Shown here: positions 1 to 13,133 of the stretch, piece by piece | How positions within the stretch are numbered: the first letter of the stretch is position 1 | Layout of the letters: the number at the start of each line of letters is the position of its first letter | Origin: Eledone cirrhosa | Lineage: Eukaryota | Direction: 5' to 3' | NCBI GenBank assembly: GCA_964016885.1 | Contig: OZ024760.1 | Coordinates: forward strand, 31,186,001-31,250,000 | DNA length: 64,000 nucleotides | The notes under the pieces: generated by a model | Told to the model about the DNA's origin: nothing | Seen by the model: only the letters and a program-made list of their open reading frames with translations | The model's database searches: none | Made by a program: the position numbers and the translations under genes

Positions 1-228
1 AAACTACCTGAACTAAATTCATTGCTGTCTTTTATATTCTCCTTTTTTTCTTCAGTTTATGTATATATATATATATATATACACACACATATGATGATGA
101 TGTATATATATATATATATGTGTGTGTATATATGTTAGAAAGAGTCAGGGCCCAATGGCCGAGCTCTTGCCAGACTCTGGAATTAGCTGTCAAAATGGCA
201 AGAGCTCAGGCGTTGGGCCCTGACTCTT

Positions 229-425
<197 letters not shown>

Positions 426-438
426 CACACACATATAT

Positions 439-796
439 GGAGGCACATGGCTTAGTGGTTAGAGCATTGGCCTTGCAATTGAAAGGTTGTGAGTTCAATT
501 CTCAGACCGGGTGATGTATTGTTTCCTTGAGCAAGACACTTTATTTCACATTGCTCCAGTTTACTCAGCTGTAGAAATGAGATGATAGGGACTGGGGTCC
601 CTATCATTCCACTGTAAAGTGGTCTTGGAGGTTCCACGGCAAAAAAACACCCAGCACTCACTGTAAATGAGCTTGGTGTTAGGAAGGGCATCCGACTGTA
701 GAAATCAAGCCAGACACTGCTCACAACAGGACAACCCGTCTAACCCATGCTAGCATGGAAGAAAGGACGTAAAACGGTGATGATGATGATGATGAT
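439..796 (+). mobile_element. tRNA-derived SINE with RTE-type 3' tail
   Basis: A-box TGGCTTAGTGG, B-box GTTCAATTC; 3' ~150 bp nearly identical to the RTE LINE end at 47995-48185; (GAT)n tail. Confidence 0.85.
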
Positions 797-822
797 ATAT
801 GGACGTTAAATGATGATGATGA

Positions 823-858
<36 letters not shown>

Positions 859-1155
859 AATGAAAGGTATAGAAAGTATTGTAGCAAGTATTCCATAATA
901 TATATAAGTGACTATAGGTATAGAAAGTATTGTAGCAACAGTATTCCATAATATATATAAGTGACTATAGCGTCAAAATGGGAAAATAGTTAACGTAAGA
1001 TGTGGGGAAAATAATTCAAACTCAATTCAAAAAGAATCAGGATATAGATTCATCAAACAGAATTTAGTGAAATCCAGGGAAAAATCAATAGAGCCTTAAC
1101 TCATGATAAAATAAAGTTTAAAATACTCATCCTTCAATTTGGGACAACTACAAAT

Positions 1156-1238
1156 GCTCTGTATAGTCTGGAAAAAGACTATTTCACGTAAACTTTCAGT
1201 GGAGATGGTCACAGTTGGAATACGATCATCAGCAGAGC
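1156..1238 (-). ncRNA. Type I hammerhead ribozyme with full stem III
   Basis: Minus strand: GCTCTG CTGATGA T-CGTA...TACG-T GAAA TAGTC-tttttcca-GACTA TA CAGAGC; all three stems and core present. Confidence 0.8.
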
Positions 1239-1405
1239 TCAACACGATAGCCCAATTCTCACTGATTAATATGCCCAAAAGGGAATTTAAAAGCAGGCTA
1301 GTTTAACATCATGCGTGATTATGAAAATAAAACGCACATGTGGAAAAACAGGGCTGGTGACGTCAGAATGAGACGAATGTTTGTTTACATGAAACAACAG
1401 TCAAA

Positions 1406-1443
<38 letters not shown>

Positions 1444-1676
1444 TTTCGTTTCTGAATTTGTTTAGCAAGATTCTTTATCTGAAATCGTGTGTTGAAACCG
1501 ATATTGTTATACTTTGGGAGGGTCATGGTGCCAATAAGAAACACACGCACCAGTTGCTTTCACTTCAATTTATTATATATTTATAAATTTACAAATTTAC
1601 AAACTTATAAATTTCTGGTTGGTTGGTTGGTTCCACAACCAGATAGTTGTTTATATATAGTCATAGTCCTAGTTTG

Positions 1677-1773
1677 TTAGAGATGCCTACTGGCAAGGCG
1701 GGTCTTCTCTGTTACTGAGTACCGCCAAAGGTCACGGTCCAGTGACATTGTCTTGGAGAGGTGTAAGTGTGTG
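1677..1773 (-). mobile_element. RTE LINE short 3' ORF fragment
   Basis: Encodes [26 protein letters not shown], same as ORF end of the other RTE copies. Confidence 0.8.
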
Positions 1774-1804
<31 letters not shown>

Positions 1805-1806
1805 TA

Positions 1807-1997
<191 letters not shown>

Positions 1998-2032
1998 CAT
2001 ATATATATATATACATATATATATATACATAC

Positions 2033-2115
<83 letters not shown>

Positions 2116-2144
2116 CATATATATATATATACATATATATATAC

Positions 2145-2179
<35 letters not shown>

Positions 2180-2182
2180 CAC

Positions 2183-2250
<68 letters not shown>

Positions 2251-2264
2251 TAAAATAACAGATT

Positions 2265-2317
2265 AAATTTTAAGCAAAGAATCGCTGCTTTCACCCTTAA
2301 CGGGATCTTCTGAAACT
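2265..2317 (-). ncRNA. Hammerhead-like motif, U4A core variant (same family at 29803-29853 minus and 30337-30390 plus)
   Basis: AGTTT CAGAAGA T-CCC-gttaa-GGG-T GAAA GCA...TGC TT AAA(A/C)T; CAGAAGA seen in all three copies. Confidence 0.5.
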
Positions 2318-2439
2318 AACAAAGTCAATCATATATGATTCCAGTTCCTCAGTGAAATAACAACCCAACCAGGAACTGGGCATATCAGAGTATTGACAAA
2401 ATTATACACCTCAACAACATATGTACCACACTAATTCGA

Positions 2440-2494
2440 ACTGCCTGAAGAGGTCACAGCCAAAGATGGCTGTCACCGAAATATATATAGCAGT
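2440..2494 (+). ncRNA. Minimal type I hammerhead ribozyme
   Basis: ACTGC CTGAAGA GGTcACAGCC-aaagat-GGCTGTcACC GAAA tata TA ta GCAGT then AATAAA. Confidence 0.75.
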
Positions 2495-2741
2495 AATAAA
2501 CGAAGCTAAATTTTAGACATTTGACTAATTTATTTTACTTTATTTTACATTACTCCGGAGTAACCAAACCAACCTGCGCACTTCGTCGAGTGCTCCAGCC
2601 TGCATACTGAGGTGTTGGTATACAACCAACATATACTCAAAATCTATATATATACATATATATATATTTACGTATATATATATATACATACATATATACA
2701 TATATATATATACATATATATATATATACATATACATATAT

Positions 2742-2792
<51 letters not shown>

Positions 2793-2927
2793 CATATATA
2801 TATATACATATATATATATATACATATATATATATACATATACATATACATATATACATATACATATATATATATACATATATATATATACATATATATA
2901 TATACATATATACATATATATATATAC

Positions 2928-3045
<118 letters not shown>

Positions 3046-3124
3046 TCATATATATATATATATATACATATATATACTTTCATTTATATATACATATATA
3101 TATATACATATATATACTTTCATT

Positions 3125-3160
<36 letters not shown>

Positions 3161-3317
3161 TTCATTTATATATACATATATATATATATATACATATATA
3201 TATACATATATATACATATATACATATATATATACATATATATATATATACATACATATATATATATATATATATACATACATATATATATACATACATA
3301 TATATATATATACATAC

Positions 3318-3348
<31 letters not shown>

Positions 3349-3411
3349 CATACATACATATATATATACATACATATATATATATATATACATACATACA
3401 TATATATATAT

Positions 3412-3480
<69 letters not shown>

Positions 3481-3629
3481 CAGTTGAAAATTGCAAACTT
3501 GACTGTCACCACATTATGAACCTGAAGATTGCGAAAGCATGAAAGTACTTGTTCAATTAACACTTAGAATTTAATATTCTCTCATACTATTTCATTATAA
3601 TACCATTATAAATTTTAAAGGATTGTAAA

Positions 3630-4426
3630 GCATAAACGAACTAAGGAAAAAATTAGAAATAAGAGGGATCAGATGTTGTTTACTCGAGAGAAGGCTACGT
3701 TGGTACGGTCACGTGATGCGCATGAAAGACGACAGCTGTATAACAAAGTGCAGGGCAATAAAGATAGACGGTAGCCACGGAGTAGGCAGACCCAGAAAAA
3801 CATGGGACGAGCTGATAAATTCCGACCTCACACGCTTACACCTCTCCAAGACAATGTCACTGGACCGAGACCTTTGGCGGTACTCAGTAATAGAGAAGAC
3901 CCGCCTTACCTAAATACAAAGTAAAAACCTACTACAGTCAGTAGGCACCTCTATCAAAACACACCCCCGTCCCACCACCTCCACCCCACCCACACCGCCC
4001 CTTTCAATGTAAAGTTATGTTGGTCCCACAACATCCAGGCCGAAACAAATGAGATCGTGTAGGTGTCACGACAAAAAACACACAGTCCACGCTGTAAATG
4101 TGGCCGTGTAGGCAACACGGTAAAAACCTCCCAGCCCCACACTGTAAATGTGGTTGGTGTTAGGAAGGGCATCCAGCTGTAGAAAACCCGCCAGACAGTC
4201 CACGCTGTAATGTGGCCGTGTAGGCAACACGGTAAAAACCTCCCAGCCCCACACTGTAAATGTGGTTGGTGTTAGGAAGGGCATCCAACTGTAGAAAACC
4301 CGCCAGACAGTCCTATGCGAGCAAGACAACCACTCTTGCCTCAAGTGGGAAAACCCCCGTCCAAACCCATGCAAGCGTGGAACACGGACGCTAAACCTGA
4401 TGATGATGATGATGATGATGATGATG
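3630..4426 (+). mobile_element. RTE LINE 3' fragment with 3' UTR
   Basis: RRLRWYGHVMRM...GRPRKTW RTE C-terminus, ~112-bp tandem duplication in UTR, (GAT)n tail. Confidence 0.9.
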
Positions 4427-4601
4427 TAAATAAAACGAGTAAATCAGACAAAGTTGGAATTCCTCTTATTAATATAATCTTCTATACACAATCATACACA
4501 CCCGTGTATATTTATCTATCTATATATATACATATATATATATATATACATTGATATATATATACCTATATATATATATACATATACATATATATATATA
4601 C

Positions 4602-4652
<51 letters not shown>

Positions 4653-4905
4653 CATACATATATATATACATATATATATATATTAATTCAAATAATAACT
4701 CCAGAAAACCATTACTGTGGAGTGCTTCTAATCTATTGTGAAACTTTATTCATTGATTTATTCATTGGACCTTGTTTAACCTTTAATTATATATATATAT
4801 ATATATATAATAATGATACTATTTATAGTTATGTGTACATTATATACAACTATAAACAGGAAAGGTCAGAAAAATAAATTTATAACTTATATGTATGTAT
4901 ATATA

Positions 4906-4943
<38 letters not shown>

Positions 4944-5002
4944 TACCATAGCATTTAAAATAACGGTTTTACAATCATATAACTCAGTGGTTCAAGCATA
5001 TA

Positions 5003-5430
5003 ACGTTCGCGAGTGGTGTAGAGAGTTTACAGCCGGTCGTACTGAAATTCACGACGAACAAAGGAGCGGGAGACCGTCAATTTCCGACGAGACAGTAGCA
5101 ATTTTTCCATTAAAATCCTGTGGATGGTGCTTCGGGAAACCTCAGGAACCAAAATGCAGAAAGCATCCAGAGTAATCCGCCGATCTTTGCGACTGTCTCG
5201 TCGGAAATTGATGGTCTCCCGCTCCTTTGTTTGTCGTGAATTTCAGTAAAACCGGCTGTAAAGTCTCTACACACTTGCGAACGTTTTTGACATCCATGCA
5301 CAACTGTCCATACACTTCCGTCAATTGGCGATGAATTTCAATCAGTTCAACGCCTTTTGTGTTAAAAAACCGAATAACTGCGTGAACTTCGCACTTGGCT
5401 GTGGTAGCGTTCAACGGGAGCTCCATTCTC
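5003..5430 (-). mobile_element. Mariner transposase N-terminal (HTH) relic with partial inverted copy
   Basis: EVHAVIRFF..G....EIHRQL.EVYG and VREWCREF.AGRTEIHDEQRSGRPS are mariner HTH motifs; 5003-5100 is an inverted copy of 5190-5287. Confidence 0.8.
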
Positions 5431-6380
5431 AACGGCTGCCAAGCCAAGATTGAGCATCCCAGCGAAGCGCGTGCATGCTTGTTTGGGAGTGAAGGAAGTA
5501 CCAATCACAAGTGTTGCCAACAGCTGTACAAACAGTTTCTCTGCGTCCCCATTGCTTTGGAGACCTTGAAAATATAACTGTAAGATGACAAAGCCACACA
5601 TCTCTCCATTTCTCTTAACTTGTGAAACCGGTAAAGTTATAAATTATTGTAAATAAACCTTCTTAAAGACTTCAATTGCATTTTCAATTCTATATATAAG
5701 TGTGTAGCTCGGATATCAGAGAGTCACTGCTACTTCTCTGAACTGAGAGATCACAGCTCCGACACTACGGACATGTGGTTAGAATATCTCAGGAAAGAAT
5801 CGTTGGACAAATTTTATGGGCAAAACCAACTGGCATGAGACCCAGAGCAAGATGGTTGGATAACATCCATGAGCTTGGCTGGTCTCACTTGAGGACTCCA
5901 GCCTGATCAGTTGGAGATGGTTACTTCTCATAGGGCCCACTGGAGGGAATGTTTGAGGACTCTGCCCCCCACAACCCTCTCACGAATAAGATATATATGT
6001 ATATAACATAGTGAAGAGGGACAAACACATATATATATATATGTTCAAATCACAAGGGACACAAACCGTGAAGGTAAAGAAAATACTGACTAAAGATAAT
6101 ACAGTCCACAGAACTGAATTAAAAAGATAAATTAAGATATAGAAACCGACTATGATAACTATCAACATCCAGGCAGCTTTAGAGTAGAACTGTTTCACAA
6201 TTCAGTGAAGAGAGTTCCTGATTTGGTGACTATTGAGTTTTTAACTCAATATGTAATTTTGATAATTTGAGCTCCTACGCTTTTAATATATCAAATGGTT
6301 CTGTCTGCTATTTTTTTAGTAGGCGTATATTCTATTCGACCCGCCTAGCATGCACTAACCATGTGCTTTTTCTCTCTTAA

Positions 6381-6596
6381 CTCTTTAGCATTTAAACCGG
6401 CCATATCCGGCCAGAATTCTCTCACCTCTTCCTGTTCAAACTGGCTGTAACTGGCCACTCATGCTGATATTAAAGTATTGTCAAAATAAATAATATCAAA
6501 ATCTCAGATTCAATATTATGTGAGATAATTATGTTAGGCAAAGGCTTTACCATGAAAATATAATAGTATATATAGAATAATGTAAATGTTAAAGCG
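6381..6596. mobile_element. piggyBac-type MITE
   Basis: TTAA on both sides; TIR C(T/C)CTTTAGCATTTA...TAAATGTTAAAGCG; related copies at 16716-16810, 32254-32374, 49310-50239. Confidence 0.75.
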
Positions 6597-6924
6597 TTAA
6601 CACATGTGCGTATTTTAGTTTTCTAAGAAATTTAGTAGTGAAGGGTTTACTGGTTTGAACATCCATTGATAAGCATCGAACCAGTAACTCTCTTCACTGA
6701 ATTGTGAAACAGTTCTACTCTAAAGCTGCCTGGATGTTGATAGTTATCATAGTCGGTTTCTATATCTTAATTTATCTTTTTAATTCAGTTCTGTGGACTA
6801 TATTATCTTTAGTCAGTATTTTCTTCACCTTCACGGCTTGTGTCCCTTGTGATTTGAACACAAGACACACATATATATATATATGTTTGTCTCCCTTTAC
6901 TGTGTTTTTTTTATATATATATAT

Positions 6925-7475
6925 AATAATAATAATAATGAAATATTGTGTACAGTGCTCAGGTGCACTACAACTTATCAAAAAGTGTATCTATAGTACA
7001 TAGGGTAATGTACAAACATCAGGAAAATGAACAGTGCATGAGTCATGATATACACATAATAATGAAATTATTGTGTAAAGTGCTCAGGTGCACTACAACT
7101 CGTCAAAGGTGTATGTATAGTACATAGAATAATACACAAATGTCAGGGAAGTACATGTATGTATGTGTTAGCTGTAGTGTTGGCGGATCTCGGGAAGCAT
7201 GGAGGCCTTAAAGGATGCAGTGTCTCGACAGCTAACAACTGATGCAGGTAGTTTGTTCCATGCTTCAGCAACTTTGAGCGTGAAAAAATGTTTCCGAAAG
7301 TCATGGGAACTGTGCTGTTTTCTTACTTTGTGGGCATGTCCACATGGAAATCAAAAAGGTACTCAGGGTTGTTGTTGGCAACATGGTTAACAATTTTGTG
7401 GGTGTTTACCAAGTCAGTTGCCAGGCATCGGAGCTTCAATGAATCCATGCACAGGGAAGCAAGGCGCTCAGAGTA
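6925..7475 (-). mobile_element. CR1-like LINE 3' fragment
   Basis: Homologous to 18141-18740 (YSERLASL.MDSLKLR) with (ATT)n-type tail. Confidence 0.8.
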
Positions 7476-7481
7476 TATATG

Positions 7482-7740
7482 AAGGCATGTGGCTGATTGG
7501 TTAGAGAAGCTGGATTCGCAATTGTGAGGTTGTGAGTTCGATTCCTGGACCGAGCGATACGTTATGTCCTTGAGCAAGACACTTTCTTTCATTGCTCCTT
7601 CTACCTGGAGTTGTGACCAATAGAATAGATAGTATTAGCAATTGGAAAGACCAATGGAAACATTGTTTCCTTGGGCTGATTTGATGAAAGTCGATTGACG
7701 CCAAACATATATAGTCAAAACTTATATAAAAGAAAAACAA
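7482..7740 (+). mobile_element. tRNA-derived SINE (related copy 15655-15830 minus)
   Basis: A-box TGGCTGATTGG, B-box GTTCGATTCC, shared core TCCTTGAGCAAGACACTT. Confidence 0.7.
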
Positions 7741-8015
7741 GGAGACATGGGAATAATTTTCTAAATGTGTATTTGGTGTTTGTTAGAATATATTGAAGAA
7801 GGAAGCATACAACCATACTTTACTTGGGTGTTTTACACCATTAAAAGTAGAAACAATTATTATTTCATAAAATTGTTTGATCTGACAATGATGTGGTACT
7901 AAATTACTATATATATATATATGTGTATACATTTATATATATATATACATATATTATGGCTCCAGATAAAGTCTATTAAGCTTGCTTATTGAGAAACACA
8001 AAATTCTAAACATAT

Positions 8016-8355
8016 GGAGGCACATGGCTTAGTGGTTAGAGCATTGGCCTTGCAATTGAAAGGTTGTGAGTTCAATTCTCAGACTGGGTGGTGTTGTTTC
8101 CTTGAGCAAGACTTTATTTCACATTGCTCCAGTTTACTCAGTTGTAGAAATGAGATGATAGGAACTGGGGTCCCTATCATTCCACTGCAAAGTGGACGTG
8201 GTGCCACGGCAAAAAAGCACCCAGCACTCACTGTAAATGAGGTTGGTGTTAGGAAGGGCATAAAGCTGTCGAAATCAAGCCAGAATCAGTTCCCATCCCA
8301 CCCTTGCAAGCAGGGAAAAGCAAACGTAAAATGATGATGATGATGATGATGATGA
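8016..8355 (+). mobile_element. tRNA-derived SINE, same head as 439-796 but different RTE-type tail
   Basis: First ~260 bp near-identical to the 439 copy; tail matches 59021-59175. Confidence 0.85.
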
Positions 8356-9745
8356 TTTGATAGGTTTTGATTCATTATTTGTATTTATTTATATATATAT
8401 ATATTTAAAATAAAGACATGAAACAATCGCAGGGGATAATTTGTAAAGTGTGAAAGCACACACAGCTAGGTAGGTAACTAATTAAAGTTTAACTAGAACT
8501 TCAAATATTACCTTTTAAAAATGATTAATCTTCCTTGTATCATCATTTTACGTCCACTTTTCCCTGCTTGCAAGGGTGGGACAGGAACTGACTCTTGCAT
8601 TTTTAAAACTACACACATGCCAGCATCATCCCAGTGGCGTGAATAGGGTTATCGACAGCTAGAAATAGCAGCCGAGACCTTTCAACTGAGTTAGCTCTAC
8701 AATTAAGGGGCTGTGTATATATCCAAAATTAAAGGTCATGTCATATCCACCGCAGAATAAGCTCAAAGATTCCAATCAATAGATCCGAGCATTTTACACA
8801 CTTTACAAATGATCCCGTGATTGTTTCATGTGTTTATTTTAAATATATATATATATATATATGTCAATCACTTTCTAGTTGTTATAAAATGCTCGGATCT
8901 ATTCATTGGAATTTTTTAGCTTATTCTACGGTGGATATGGCGCATGTCTCGGATATGACCCTTAATTTAATTTAATTTTGGATATATCTATATATATCTA
9001 TTTATATATAAAAGGTATATATTGAGTTAGAAACTCAAAATAGTCTCTTACGATTTGAACACGTCTATATATCTGTGTTTATTTCTGTTTTATATTCAAT
9101 TCTATATATATATCAGAAAGGGTGGTAAAATACCAAGGTGGACCACAACCCACCACAGTACTCGATACAGTAGAGGGTAATATGTTCGGATCTAGTTGTC
9201 AGGGTCCTCAATTTTGTCATATGTATATATTTATATATAAACATGTATATATGCAGTCCACAGGCACAGCAGCAAATAAAGGGGCGAGGAGTTTTCAAGC
9301 GACAAAAGTAGGAGGGTGGTATGGTGTAGTGTTGAGGTAAATAAATCCTGTTGGGGTGGCAACAGCAATAATGGTTCCTACTTTAGGCACAAGGCCAGCA
9401 ATATTGGAGTGGCGGGGAAAGATTAAATCGACCTCAGTACGTTACTGGTACTTTATTTTATCGAACCCGTAAGGATGAACGGCAAATCTAACCTCGGCGC
9501 GATTTGAAATCAGAAGGTAAAGGGCCATAACTATATGCCACAAAGCATATTGTCCACCACCCTAGTAATAATAAAGAACTAGTCAACATCGACCACTTAA
9601 TTGGGGGCCAGTTATTTTCATCTATATTCAGGGAGTGTACCGGACCTGGACCCGGGTAATCCGGAAGGGAAAACATTTTATTTCTGGGCAACTAAGCAAG
9701 CAACCAGGAACTCAACCATTTTAATTAATACAATAACATGTGCTG

Positions 9746-9782
<37 letters not shown>

Positions 9783-10307
9783 CACACATGTTTAAGAGAA
9801 TAACATGTGCGTGTATTTATATATATATATATATATATATATACACGCACATGTTATTCGCTTAAACATGTATATATATATATATACACATACACACACG
9901 TGTTTAAATATACATGTTTGAGAATAAAGTGAGTATATAAATCATCATCAAATATACATGTTTAATAGAATGTGTGTGTGTATATATATATCCAAGCACG
10001 TGTTTAAATATATATACATGTTTAATACACCAAAATGTACGTATATATATATATATATACATGTAATATACACTAACAACACGTGCTTAGATATATATTT
10101 TTAATACACCGATAAGCACATGCTGGTGTATTAAACAATTATATATATTCATTCATTATTTATTCAAAGTAATGCAACTTATTTTACAAAAGGGATAAAA
10201 AAAAAAACCGTACGCAATCCCGCAGACCTACCTTTACTATAGTTTATATATATATATATATACACTTTAAGCGATTCAGCGAATTACTGGTGGTATGTAT
10301 GTATATA

Positions 10308-10376
10308 TACAGGATGTCCCCACAAAAAATGTATACACACTACAACAGCAATGTATACATTTGAGGGTACCCTGTA
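10308..10376. mobile_element. Tiny Tc1/mariner-type MITE (related at 14545-14651, 27435-27520)
   Basis: TA-CAGG(A/G)TGTCCC..AAAATGTATACA inverted termini ending ACCCTG-TA. Confidence 0.6.
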
Positions 10377-10416
10377 TATACATACATCATACACTATATG
10401 ATTCAGTGAATTACTG

Positions 10417-10459
<43 letters not shown>

Positions 10460-10475
10460 GTGTATATATGTATAT

Positions 10476-10521
<46 letters not shown>

Positions 10522-11119
10522 GCAGGAGAAATGAAAAAAATGAGTTGTATTGTTGCCAGTATCAATTTCTATCAGTATTTATTGATAATTATAATAATGG
10601 TTTCTGATTCAGGTAAAAGGCCAGTGGGGGGGTGGGGGTGACATAATGGTATGACAGCTTCAATATACCATGAAAAGCGTGAAGTTTGTTACCACTGTTG
10701 TTGTTGGTGGTGTGGAGGTGTGGTGTTGTTGTTGGTGGGGTACTGATGGTGTTGCTGTTTGTTGTTGGGGTTATAATGCGTGAAAAAGAATAGGGGAAAT
10801 AGATGTTTTGATATATTGGTGTATGTGTATATGTGTGTGTGTGTGTATGCAGGTGTAAGAGACTATGAAACGGTATTTATAAATTTAGTGTATATATATA
10901 TACACTAAATTTATATATATATATATAGGTATGTATGTATATATGTTGGTGTGAAAGAGACAAACAGGGTATTTGTAAAACTGTAGTGTATATATAGGTA
11001 TGTATGAATGTGTATATATATGTATGTATAAACAAACAAAACATGAGAGGGGGAGGGACGAAAGAGGGAGAGAAAAAAAACAGAAAATATACATATAAAA
11101 TAATAATAAAAATAATCAA

Positions 11120-12094
11120 TCAGCGGATATCGATAATTCCGCATTCCATAAGTTTATCAATTTTTTCTCGGATTTCTGGATTGGACAGGTGTTCGCTGAT
11201 GGCCTTGGGGTTCTCCTGCATCTGTTGGAGTATAACTCGCATGGTAGGGTCACATAGGATATTTTGAACTTCAGGGTTGTTCATAACTCTCTTCTTCACA
11301 CTATCCAAGTCGTTACCTTGACTCATCACGGACTTCTGATAACCTTCCTTCGCTTCCTGGCATTGCTGATCAAGTTCCAGAGCCTTCGAGTAGGCATCGG
11401 CCGCCTTGGTAGCTTCCTTCTGTGCCAGAAGTGTCGCACCTTTCCTCAGGTAACCCTTTACAAAAGTTGGGTCCCTTTTGATACACTCTTCAGCATCTTT
11501 CAGAGCCAACGAATACTCCATCAGCTTCATGTAACAGGCCGACCGGTTGCTGTAGATTTTGGCATCGTCTGGTTTGCGCAGGATGGCTTCATTGTAATGT
11601 TTGATGGCATCGGGAAAGTTTCCATCTTGATACATTTTATTACCCTTGCTCTTCTCTTCAAGAGAGATTTCTGGGTTGATGTAGGCCAGTCTTTCTTTCT
11701 CTTTGATCATCGACTCAACGCTCAGAGTTTTCTTCACAACATCGGGCACTCTATGTTCGGACAGGGACTTGTTGTAATAGGTGAGGGCCTTCTCCAAGTC
11801 ATCTTTTTTCAGATAAGCGTTGCCTATGCGGCAAAACGCTTTGGCGATAACATTGAAAGGGGAATGGTTTTCGCGACCCACCTCAATAGCTTTCTCACAT
11901 TCTTTGATGCATTCATCCAGCTTGTTCTGTTCAAAGTAGACGGCTGCACGGTTGGTCATAATGGAGATGTTAGAAGGATCTAATTTCAGAGCCGCTTCAT
12001 AATGTTCCAGTGCTTTATCGAATTCTTTCTTTTTGTAAAACACATTTCCTTTCTCTTTTTCAATCACTGCTTGCTTCTGGTCAGCGGACGCCAT
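11120..12094 (-). CDS. STIP1: Stress-induced phosphoprotein 1 (Hop/Sti1), short form TPR2A-TPR2B-DP2, single exon, 324 aa
   Basis: EKEKGNVFYKKKEF, AYINPEISLEEKSKGN, YSNRSACYMKL TPR motifs; C-terminal NPEVQNILCDPTMRVILQQMQENP DP2/STI1 domain; open ORF, aagATGG start context. Confidence 0.93.
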   Translation of the reverse strand: MASADQKQAVIEKEKGNVFYKKKEFDKALEHYEAALKLDPSNISIMTNRAAVYFEQNKLDECIKECEKAIEVGRENHSPFNVIAKAFCRIGNAYLKKDDLEKALTYYNKSLSEHRVPDVVKKTLSVESMIKEKERLAYINPEISLEEKSKGNKMYQDGNFPDAIKHYNEAILRKPDDAKIYSNRSACYMKLMEYSLALKDAEECIKRDPTFVKGYLRKGATLLAQKEATKAADAYSKALELDQQCQEAKEGYQKSVMSQGNDLDSVKKRVMNNPEVQNILCDPTMRVILQQMQENPKAISEHLSNPEIREKIDKLMECGIIDIR

Positions 12095-12097
12095 CTT

Positions 12098-12190
12098 CGA
12101 GACTACGAGAATGTTCTAGGTTTGCCGGGTGACGGATTTTATACAACGACGATTTACTTCCCCCTTATTAGAGCTCTTTAGCCGGAAGTG
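12098..12190 (-). promoter_or_regulatory. Putative STIP1 promoter: imperfect heat-shock element and ETS motif
   Basis: aGAAt-gTTCt at 12108-12117 with degenerate flanking units; CCGGAAGT at 12182-12189; locally CpG-rich. Confidence 0.4.
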
Positions 12191-12688
12191 TAGCGAAGGA
12201 GAGATTAACATTGTCGCTCTTTCTCCTCCGACACCACCACCACATCATTTACTACTATCGTTCCCCCGACACCACCAGCATCTCATTCACTACTATCGTC
12301 TCCCCGACACCACCACCATCTCATTCACTACTATCGTCACCCCGACACCACCACCATGTACTACATTACTATCGTTTCCCCGACACCACCACAATGTGCT
12401 AGACTATCATCGTTCCACCGCCTCCATGTGTTTTAATTATTATCACCTCCCCTTCTTTCCTTTCCATTATCTTTGAAACACTATTTTTCTCTCTCCCTCT
12501 CTATGTCTTTCTCTCTCACTTCCTCTAATCCTCTCACATTCACCATTTCCTTTGCCGCCTTTCATTTGCAAACAGTTCACTCCCCTTTTCATTGTCTATT
12601 TCAATTACATCTCCATACATACATCCATATATATATATGAAAAAGTAGAAAATTTCAACTAGAGTCTTTTCAGAATATTTATTTCTTC

Positions 12689-12721
12689 ACTTTACCGGTT
12701 TCAGTTATGATTTTCAAAAGT
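12689..12721 (-). ncRNA. Degenerate minimal hammerhead, U3:A8 variant
   Basis: ACTT TTGAAAA tcataact GAAAC CG GTA AAGT; stem II eroded. Confidence 0.4.
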
Positions 12722-12856
12722 AAAATTGAGATAGAGGGTTTGTGTTTCTGTTGTGGTTTGTCTCGCATCTGTATATACAGAGCTAAACGCGTATATATAT
12801 AAAGGCTCTGCGTGATCCAATCATTGCATTGAGCTAAAAGACAATATATATATATA

Positions 12857-13133
12857 TACTGATTAATGTTCAGAGCCATCTTCAGCATTCTCGTGTAGCA
12901 CCTATCCACCATCTGAATGAGTTTCTTGGTAAGTGTCCAAGTCTCAGACCCGTACAGCAGCACAGACTCCACTACATGGACACACTGGAAGAGGAAGACC
13001 AAGGTTAACGTATGTTGATACCCTAAGGACAGACACTGGTCTGTTGGAGACCCAGAACATGGCAGCGATAATGAGGGACAGAGACCGCTGGAGAGAACTC
13101 ATCCATGGATCTCGGGAATTTTACCCGCCCTAG
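12857..13133. mobile_element. RTE/RTEX-like LINE 3' fragment with inverted 5' part
   Basis: Minus 12857-12975: VESVLLYGSETWTLT..YTRMLKMALNI; plus 12970-13133: GRGRPRLTYVDTL..MRDRDRWREL. Confidence 0.75.

Noticed and set aside
439-512. tRNA gene-like sequence
   Set aside because: SINE head: continues into SINE core and LINE tail, no clean cloverleaf or terminator
5980-7003. Twin 'membrane peptide' ORFs MKQFYSKAAW on opposite strands
   Set aside because: The two arms of an inverted repeat; GTG starts; no coding evidence
11264-11983. 239-aa plus-strand ORF
   Set aside because: Antisense shadow of STIP1
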